Part shown: positions 20,131-28,600 of the stretch, piece after piece | Numbering within the stretch: the first letter of the stretch is position 1 | How the letters are laid out: each line of letters opens with the position of its first letter | Assembly: GCA_963666365.2 (NCBI GenBank) | Contig: CAXXNF010000001.1 | Coordinates: forward strand, 224,001 to 288,000 | Origin: Syntrophales bacterium | GTDB lineage: Bacteria; Desulfobacterota; Syntrophia; Syntrophales; UBA2210 | Direction of reading: 5' to 3' | Length of the DNA: 64,000 nucleotides | Notes under the pieces: model-generated | The model's database searches: none | Told to the model about the DNA's origin: nothing | Seen by the model: the letters and a program-made list of their open reading frames with translations, nothing else | Translations under genes and position numbers: made by a program

Positions 20131-22712
20131 TTAGTAGACCTGCCTATAAAGTGCCAGCACGTCACCCGGATCGGTCACAGGACGGGGATTGAAAAGAACG
20201 GTGGCATCCCCTAATGCGTGGAATGCAGCTATTTCAAGCCCATCCTCGGTAACCCCTACATCACGCAGACGAAGCGGGTGTTTGACCGAGTTAATAAGTT
20301 TTTCTATATCATCCGCCGCCGCCAGAGCTGCATCACGATTACTCATGCCCGGTTCTCTGATGCCCAGGGCCTCTGCCACCATGGCCAGTTTGTCCGTGGC
20401 ATGGTCCACATTGAAGCGCATCACTTTGGGAAGCATGATGCCACAGGCCATACCATGAGGAATGTCATACAGCGCTCCGAGTGTGTGAGCCGTGGCGTGC
20501 GCAAGCGCGGTCTGAGTCATGTTGATTGCCCAACCCGCCATTGTGGCCGCAGTCTGAAGATTGCCTCTTGCTTCCTCGTCCTGACCGTTGGCCATTACCT
20601 TTGGAAGATTTTCCTTGATCAACCGTATGGCATGCATGGCATTCCCGTCGCTGAACGCATGCGGCATGGCTCCGGTAAGCGATTCTATGGCGTGCGTCAT
20701 GGCATCCATGGCAGTCTGCGCCGTTAGCGAAGGCGGAAGGGTAACGGTGAAACAGGGATCGAGAATCGCGACATCGGGCACAATATAGGGGTCCAAAATG
20801 AACACCTTCCGGCCTGCCACTTTACTCTTGATCACGCATGCATTGGTCACTTCGCTTCCTGTCCCGGAAGTCGTCGGAATCACGATGTGGGGGGTCTGGC
20901 GCTCGGTGAGGCGCATGAGAGTGATGTGATCGTCCGCTTTTCCCCCGTTTTTCAATGTCACACATGCCGCCTTGCCCGTATCGATGACGCTGCCTCCTCC
21001 CACACTGACGATGCAGTCGGCATTCAGTGCACGGGCCAGTTCGGTGGCCTCATCGACTGTGTCAAGATCGCTGTCATGCCCGATTTTATCGAAAACACCC
21101 ACACAAAAATCTCCCAGGGCATTCTGGACCATCTGAGCAAGCCCTGCATCACGGACCCCCTTATCGGTCAGAACAAGTGCCCGGGTACATTTCAAACTGG
21201 CAACCTCCTTGGCAATCGAAGCGAGACATCCCTTTCCCGAAATAACGTTTGTGTGGGAGTGAAACGGCAGGAAATTGCCCACCTTCGGGTTGTCGCTGAC
21301 TAAATGCCACATGGTGAAATTAGTATCCGGATTGGCATAGGAGCTCACATGCACCCTCTTGACCTGTGTATATTCCCGCAATCCGATCTCGCCCAGTTCG
21401 CGGCCGACGCCGGATTGCTTGTACCCGCCGAAAGGCGCAAAATCACCGAAGGCATGGTAACTGTTGATCCACACCGTGCCCGTGCGGATCCTGTGGGCAA
21501 TCTTTTGTGCCCGTTCGCTGTTCCTGGAAAATACCCCTCCGGCCAACCCGTAGGGGGAATCATTGGCGATGGAGACGGCCTCGTCCTCATCATCGTACTT
21601 TATCACACACACAACCGGTCCGAAAATTTCTTCCTGAGCGATTTTCATCGAGTTCTTTACATCCGTGAAGATGGTAGGCGCGAAGTAGTACCCGCCCATA
21701 CCGGTGATCTCGACCCTTTTGCCGCCCGCGGCGATACGGGCCCCCTCTTTCTGCCCCAATTCCACGTAACTCTCAACCTTTGCCAGCTGAACGTCATTGA
21801 CAAGGGGTCCGAGATGGGATTCCGGAAGGAGTTGATATCCTATCTTCATGGCATCGGCCCGTTTTTTCAGCTTTTCTACAAATTCATCGTGCATCGTTGC
21901 CGGAACGAGAATACGCGTCCCCGATTCGCACACCTGCCCCTGATGCCAGAATGTTCCGAATGCCGCAGTAGCAGTTGCCAGTTTCATATCGGCGTCGTCG
22001 AGTATTATGTTAGCCGATTTGCCGCCCAACTCCAAAGTCACCTTCTTGACCGTTTCCGAGGCCAATCTCATAATTGTGCGGCCCACCTCAGTGCTGCCGT
22101 TGAGGGATATCTTGTCCACAGCAGGATGTGTAGAGAGCACGTCCCCGAGTTCTGCACCGGGCCCGGGAAGAATATTGACGACACCCGCCGGAATACCCGC
22201 CGCCTGGGCGGCCTCGCCTATGATACATGCACTCAGCAGCGTTGAGGAGGCCGGTTTCACCACGATGGTGTTGCCCATGACAATGGCGTGGGCAATCTTC
22301 CATACCGCCTGAAGCGATGGGAAGTTCCACGGAACGATGCCCACGCATACTCCAATCGGTTCGCGCCGTATATAATCGCGCCCCGGGGCGAACACATTAC
22401 CGGAACTCAATATTTCCTCTTCCCAGGGAAACTTGTGGACCGCGTAATAGGCGAAGTTACGAAGGGCCCCCTGGCACATCATTCCCCATAATGAACTGAG
22501 TCTTATGCACTGTCCCGAATCCATCGCTTCGACCATGGCGATGCGCAACGACTGCCTGGCTATCTCATCGGCAAAGAGGTACACGATATCAGCACGTGCC
22601 CGCGGGCTCAGTCCGCTCCACTCCCCCCTGTCAAAGGCCTTCCTGGCCGCCATGACAACTTTTTCCGCATCGGCCTGGGTGGCTTTCGCCACAGTAGCAA
22701 AGGGCTGTCCCG
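20131..22712 (-). pseudogene. Non-acylating aldehyde dehydrogenase fused to an iron-containing alcohol dehydrogenase; 5' end apparently deleted
   Basis: ALDH motifs IVPWNFP, LELGGKSA, GQVCESG, EEIFGPV, PFGGYKQSG; Fe-ADH motifs GGGSVID, PTTSGTGSE, DAMTHAIE, HATAH, PHG. Residues upstream of GQPFATVAKA are antisense to the regulator fragment, not ALDH. Confidence 0.7.
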
Positions 22713-23990
22713 GATATTCCGCAGCGAGGATTTGGAGACGTCCGTCAGTCTGATATACGACTATTTCAAGAAATATATACCGCTCGACTTCATTACCATC
22801 GTTGTCTACGATGCAACGCAGCATGCCGTACAACACCGGATTCACTCCACCGATGCCGGCATAATCCTTGTGGAAGAACTTATAAAATTTTCTGAGGATA
22901 CGAAAAAAGAAGCTCAAGATCTCTTTCACGGAAATACCAACATACGCTACATCCCGAATTGGTCATTGCCCATCTGAGAGAACGTATTATTTCCCATAAT
23001 CGGGAACTCCGGAAAAGACGGGGGCAGAACGCCGCAGAGGGAACAACCGGCCTGCAGGATGTCATGTCACAGGTCGAACAGGTGGCAAAGCTCCACACCC
23101 CGGTACTGCTCATCGGCGAAACCGGCGCCGGCAAGGAGCTGCTGGCCACTACAATCCATCACCTGTCAAAACGCTCCTATGGCCCGCTTGTCAGCATAAA
23201 CTGCGGAACGCTCGCGGAAACATTGCTCGACAGCGAATTGTTCGGCCAAGAGAAAGGGGCCTTTACCGGCGCCAGCTCTCTAAAAAAGGGGATTTTCGAA
23301 CAGGCGGATGGGGGCTCGATTTTCCTCGATGAGATCAGCGAATTATCAAAACAGGCCCAAGTGAAGTTGCTCAGAGTACTTCAAACCATGGACTTTCGCC
23401 GTGTCGGGGGGCCGAGGCCTATCTCCGTCGATGTGCGGGTAATTGCAGCGACGAATCGGGATATTGCCGGGATGGTGCAACATCAGGAATTCAGAAAGGA
23501 CTTATGGTTTCGGCTTAACACATTTCCCATTAAAATCCACCCTTTGAGGAATCGCAAAGAAGACATCCCTATTCTTGCGGAATATTTTGCCAACCGTCTT
23601 TCAGTAGAAATGAATCTTCCCTATCAGTATCGTTTTGCACCGCATGCCATGGCGCAACTCCAAGAATACGGCTGGCCGGGAAACGTCAGGGAACTGGAGA
23701 ATGCCATTGAAAAGTCACTGATTGTCAGCAGGGGAGCCCAATTGTCATTTCCCTATCTCAATGCGGCACTCCCCAAAGATTTTCCCCTCTATCCCGACGA
23801 TGACGAAGGCACACCTCCAACCATGAATGAAGTGATGACGCGTCATATCATGCGTGTCCTTCAACTCACCAGTGGCCGGATCGAAGGGAAAAGAGGAGCA
23901 GCCGAGATCCTCGGCATGAAACCATCGACGCTGAGAGCAAGAATAAAAAAGCTTGGAATTAGGATATCAAAATCTCCGTATTTCACGTGA
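22711..23990 (+). pseudogene. GAF-sigma54-dependent Fis-family activator, 5'-truncated and internally deleted/frameshifted
   Basis: GAF-like fragment RIFRSEDLETSVSLIYDYFKKYIPLD..YIPN (22711-22977) is out of frame with the AAA+/HTH part (22959-23990: GETGAGKE, GAFTGA, FLDEI, WPGNVRELEN, AAEILGMKPSTL). Confidence 0.75.
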
Positions 23991-24036
23991 AGAAAACGGG
24001 GCCGGACCTACCTGACGGCATTTCCCATAGGAGAGA

Positions 24037-24426
24037 CTACTGATCAAGCGGGCGACAATAATTATCTACTACTACTCCCCCGGGGAAAGTCACACATATG
24101 TGGTTAATAACGCGAATGTCTGGCATGCGTATTGGAGGATATCTTCGGAGGCATTCATCCATCCAGTAGTCAGGAGTGGTATAGTTGTTTGCACAATGCC
24201 ACGGTCTGCATCCAAGTCCGAATCTCCAACAGGTGGGAGTCTCAATTACTCCCAGTTCTATCGAATTCTGTGGAGCAAACGTATTATAATTTTTATGATT
24301 ATCCATTAAATCGAAAACATGCGTCTGTAATTGCCAACATCTCGCTACATTAGGACAGTCAGCACCCGCTATCGCAGGAACGATGAGAAGTGCGAGCGCC
24401 ATGCATTCAACCGCGATTCTTTTCAT
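24037..24426 (-). CDS. Small secreted 8-Cys protein, paralog A
   Basis: AAGGAGG RBS, signal peptide ending AIAGA, 8 Cys conserved with paralog B. Confidence 0.85.
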   Translation of the reverse strand: MKRIAVECMALALLIVPAIAGADCPNVARCWQLQTHVFDLMDNHKNYNTFAPQNSIELGVIETPTCWRFGLGCRPWHCANNYTTPDYWMDECLRRYPPIRMPDIRVINHICVTFPGGVVVDNYCRPLDQ

Positions 24427-24492
24427 TATGTGCCTCCTTGTCGCATTCCCGTAATATTGTTTCCTTACCGCTTCCTCACTGCCGATGGTTAT

Positions 24493-24521
24493 AAATTACG
24501 CTCGGGTAAGCGAGTTGTCAA
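24493..24521 (-). promoter_or_regulatory. Sigma70-type promoter of paralog A
   Basis: TTGACA-17 nt-TAATTT, conserved upstream of both paralogs. Confidence 0.65.
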
Positions 24522-24598
24522 GATCCCTTTACTACGGGCTGCTGTCGGAGGTAAATGGGGGTTTTTTTGAGGAGACCTTCATTGTCCCGTAGATAAGA

Positions 24599-24970
24599 CT
24601 ACTGATTAAGCGGGCGGCAGTAATCATTGACCACTATTCCACCGGGAAAGGTCACACATATCTTGGGATCAAGGTTAAATTGCCTGTTAAGTGCGATAGG
24701 AAACCTTCTGATACATTCGTCTATCCAGTAGTCAGGAGTGGTATAGTTGTTTGCACAATGCCATGGTCTGCATCCAAGTCCGAATCTCCAACAGGTGGGG
24801 GTCTCAATTGTTCCTATTTCGACTGATTGCTGAACAATAGTTGTCGACGGACTAAGACCAAATCCCCATTGGAGTACCCAACATCTTGCTGTATCAGGAC
24901 AGTCAGCACCCGCTATCGCAGGAACGATGAAAAGAACGAGCACCATGCATGCAACCGCGATCCATTTCAT
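24599..24970 (-). CDS. Small secreted 8-Cys protein, paralog B
   Basis: Start MKWIAV at 24970 after AAGGAGG; same framework as paralog A. Confidence 0.85.
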   Translation of the reverse strand: MKWIAVACMVLVLFIVPAIAGADCPDTARCWVLQWGFGLSPSTTIVQQSVEIGTIETPTCWRFGLGCRPWHCANNYTTPDYWIDECIRRFPIALNRQFNLDPKICVTFPGGIVVNDYCRPLNQ

Positions 24971-25026
24971 TGTGTGCCTCCTTGTCATGCTCCCGTAGTC
25001 TTGCTTCCTTATCGCCGTCGGGTGTG

Positions 25027-25055
25027 AATTTACGCTCGGTTACGCGAGTTGTCAA
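25027..25055 (-). promoter_or_regulatory. Sigma70-type promoter of paralog B
   Basis: TTGACA-17 nt-TAAATT. Confidence 0.65.
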
Positions 25056-25134
25056 GCCGCTTTTAATAAGAAGCCCCCTTTAATATGCATGTTCTTATGA
25101 CGTAAGACATTTACCTTGGTCCGTCTCCAAGATA

Positions 25135-25533
25135 TCACCGCTCGCTGATGCACTGAAGTACGTAGATCGCTTCCGTCAAATCAATGCGGTCGTCGGCATT
25201 CACGTCGCCCCCGATAAAAGTCAACCCCGTATCCATACTGCAGGCGAGTTTGGCCGCCACGATCGCGTCCTCAAGTCCGATAACACTATCGGCGTTCACG
25301 TCTCCGGGTATAGATCCCTCCACAAGGCGGAGGATATTCCCCATGGCGTCGTAGGTATAGCGGATGATCTTGCCGTTGTCGTAATTGACCCCCGTGAGCC
25401 TTCCCGCCTGGTCGTAGGTATAGGTAACGGTTCCGGCCCCGGCAGCAAGGGGCGCCCCGATACACAGAATCAAAAGAACAGCCACCCAGGTTTTTCCCGA
25501 CCTGCTTGCATTCCTCGCTTCACTCCTGAACAT
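25135..25533 (-). CDS. Secreted YD-hairpin + dockerin-like protein (partner of RHS-1)
   Basis: Signal peptide; YTYDQAGRLTGV..YTYDAMGNI; GDVNADSVIGLEDAI..GDVNADDRIDLTEAIYVLQ; start after a GAGGTG RBS. Confidence 0.85.
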   Translation of the reverse strand: MFRSEARNASRSGKTWVAVLLILCIGAPLAAGAGTVTYTYDQAGRLTGVNYDNGKIIRYTYDAMGNILRLVEGSIPGDVNADSVIGLEDAIVAAKLACSMDTGLTFIGGDVNADDRIDLTEAIYVLQCISER

Positions 25534-25612
25534 ATGCACACCTCACAATTCCCGAGAATATAAAAATGAGTCGAACGTAGACTTGCCCCTATCTCCCGGA
25601 AAATCCGTTTTG

Positions 25613-28600
25613 CTATTCGGGGGAAAAGCCCATCCTTTTGAGTTCTTTTTCGGCTGCGTCCACACTTTGCCTGAAGGATTCAGCCTGCTCCATGCGCTCC
25701 CGTGCACTATATATCTCTGCCTCACAGTCCTGGATGAGACCGGCGATTGAGGGAGAGTCATAGTGACCAGCTGCCTCATCTAAAATTTTATCCAGCAGTG
25801 CGTATTCCTTATGAATTATCTCTTTGTTTTTCGGCTGTTCGAGTTCACGGATTTTCGCCCTCCCCTCGGAGACCCTCTTCAACAATGCGTTGACCTTCTT
25901 CTCGATCCGGACCGCTTTTTGCTGCATTTCCCTTCTTCCCATAAAGGACAACTTCTTGATAATCTTAATGCTATGGGCAAGAAAACAACGAACCATGTGA
26001 AGATCAAAATCTTCGCAGTCTTCATACAGGTCCGCATGATCAATGCAGCTCTGGTAAACCAATGCTTCAGTCTTTGCACGTTCATACTCCCGATGCAGAT
26101 CGAGGAACTCTGAGGGAGTCATCGTTGCAGTCGGCGCAAAGCCCGTTACGTCCACCGTGGAAACAGGATTGGCGTAGGCGTAGAGGTAGGGATTGAGCAT
26201 ATGCAGATCCGGCTCCTGGGGCCGGAGGGGTTCCGGCGACAGAAATCGACCGTTCCCTGCATCGTAGTAACGGGCACGTATGTGGAAGAGATCTCCGCCC
26301 TCGCCTTCCTGGCGCACCCCCCACTTGCCCGCATAGGTAAAGAACTGGAGGCTTTCGCCCTGGTGCCCCAGGACCCGGCCGTAGGGAGTATAGGCGTAGG
26401 CGTCCGTCACCAGCCCGTTTTCATCCGTGAGGGCCAGTGTCGAACCGGTCAGATTGAAATGGTAGAACCTGACCGAGGGCTCCGCCGTCGCCATGCCTAT
26501 GCTGTAGAGGAGCTCTCCCTCTGGACTCCATACGTAATAACGGGTCACCGTGCCGGTCGCTCCCACCTCCTCCGCCACGACGGGATGGAGACCGATGCCG
26601 TAGTTGTAGTGGTAGCGGGTGGTGCTGTCGTCTTCGGTCCGGGTCAGGAGATCCCCCATTCCGTTGTAGGACAGGTCTGTGTCGTCCACCCTCGCAAGCA
26701 GGGATTCCGCGTTCCACTGGAAACGGTGCGAGGGCGATGAGGTGGTGTTGCCCGCATTGTCCGAGGAATGACCGGGGGATTGCGGGCTGCAGGCGCTGTC
26801 GTATGCGTAGTGGCGTGTGCGAAAGCCCAGCGCTTCGGCAGGATCCAGGGGCACGGTCATGTCCGCGGAGACGACCTGGCCTGCATTGTCCAGGGTGTAG
26901 GCGCAATCGACGATGCTGCCTTCCTGTATGCGTACAAGTTCGCCCGCACCGTTGTAGGTGTAGGTCCCGTTGACGCCGTTTGAACGGGTGATCCCGGTGA
27001 GACGCCGGTCCCGGTCGTATGAAAGGGTCATCCACGTGCCGGTCAGGGTATCACCCAGGCCGGTGAGCAGTCCCGTGTCCCCGTCATAGGAATAATCCAC
27101 ATTGAAGTCGTTCCCGTAGGATGCCGTTACCAGCCGCCCTGCCCCGTCATAGACGGCGCCGAAAGTCTTTCCCCCTGTGGAGGTGGTTTCAACCAGTCCT
27201 TCGGCATCCCTTGTCAAAATGAGACCTTCGGTGGAGGTGAGACGGCCGAGTTCGTCGTATTCATAGGTGAAAACGGTCCCGTCTGAGCAGGTCTTCCCGG
27301 TGACGTTTCCTGCGGCATCCCTGATGAGAGACACGCTACGCCCGTCGGATCCGGTCTCGGAGGAGACCCTTCCCTGATTGTCGTATTCATAGGTTATTTT
27401 ATACCCGGAAGGAGTGGCGGCCGATTCCATGCGGCCGGATTCGGAACGGGTAAAAGGCCAGGAATTGCCCCTTCTGTCCGTAATACCGGTGAGCGCACCC
27501 ATGGCATCGTACTGAAGGGTCATGGTACCGGTTTCCGGAAGGGTGATCGACGAGAGGTTGCCGCCGGGTCCATATGCAAGACCGCCGGTCCTGCCCAGGC
27601 CGTCGGTGACCGAGATGATCCTGTTCATGGCATCCCACTCAAAATAAATGCTGCGGCCGCAGGCATCGGTCATCCGGGTCACCTGCCCCAAAGCGTCCGT
27701 CACGTATCCGGTGGTATACCCCAGGGGTGTGGTGCGGGAACTCACCACGCCTTCCGCGTCGTAGGCGGTCTGCCACGTGTCTCCGCCCCGGGTCATACCG
27801 ACCAGACGGCCAAGGGAATCGTAATGAAAAACGCTTGCCACACTCGCAGGGTCGGTCATGGAGGAAATCCGCCCCATGGTATCGTAACCGGTTGTGGTTA
27901 CCGCCCCGGTCCTGTCGGTGGCGCTTACCGTCCTGTCCATATCGTCAAAAACCAGGGATGCGGCATTTCCCGTGGGATCGGTAATCGAGGTCAGGTTTCC
28001 GTTCGTATCGTAGGTGAATTGATAGGTGCTGCCGGTGGGATGGGTGATTCCGGTTATACGGTCGTTCCCGTCGTAGTCCATGGTGGTGGTGGAAGTTCCC
28101 GCCACGGTAATACCGGTTCGCCTGCGCATGGCATCGTAGGTGAATGCGGCGGTCACGCCGTCGGGATCGGTTGCGGATGCGGCGGTCCCGTCGGTATTGT
28201 AGGTATAGGTAGTAGTGCCTCCCACAGGATTGGTGCTCGAGGTCATGCGGCCCTGTTCGTCGTAAACAAATGTCCATGTCTCGCCGGAGGGGTCCGTCAT
28301 GGAGGTAATATTCCCTCTTTCATCGTAGGCCAGGCCAAGGGATGTCCCGTCAGGGTAATCTTCCTTTGTCGGGTCGTGAAACGTGAAGTTCACTGACTCT
28401 TCGTCTTCCGGGTGGCTGAATGTCTGCTCCTGTGAGGTATAGGTATAAGAAATCCTGTTTCCGAGTGCATTGGTCACCGAAGTCGTAAAACCGGTGTCGG
28501 GGTCCGACGTCAAGGTCGCCACCCCGCCGAGCCGGTCGGTGACGCCTGTGATTTCGTCCCGGACGGAGTCGGATGAAAATTGCGCCGTATTGCCGGCAGG

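Noticed and set aside
22713..22929. N-terminal 70 aa of the 932-aa ALDH ORF
   Set aside because: No ALDH similarity; it is the antisense reading of the GAF fragment.
24037..24970. DGR-type mutagenesis as the source of the 8-Cys paralog variation
   Set aside because: The differences include indels and all base types, and both copies are intact genes.
25135..25533. YD-dockerin genes as RHS immunity proteins or orphan RHS fragments
   Set aside because: They have their own RBS, signal peptide and intact dockerin, and are alike even behind unrelated C-terminal cargos, unlike cognate immunity genes. This is not experimentally excluded.
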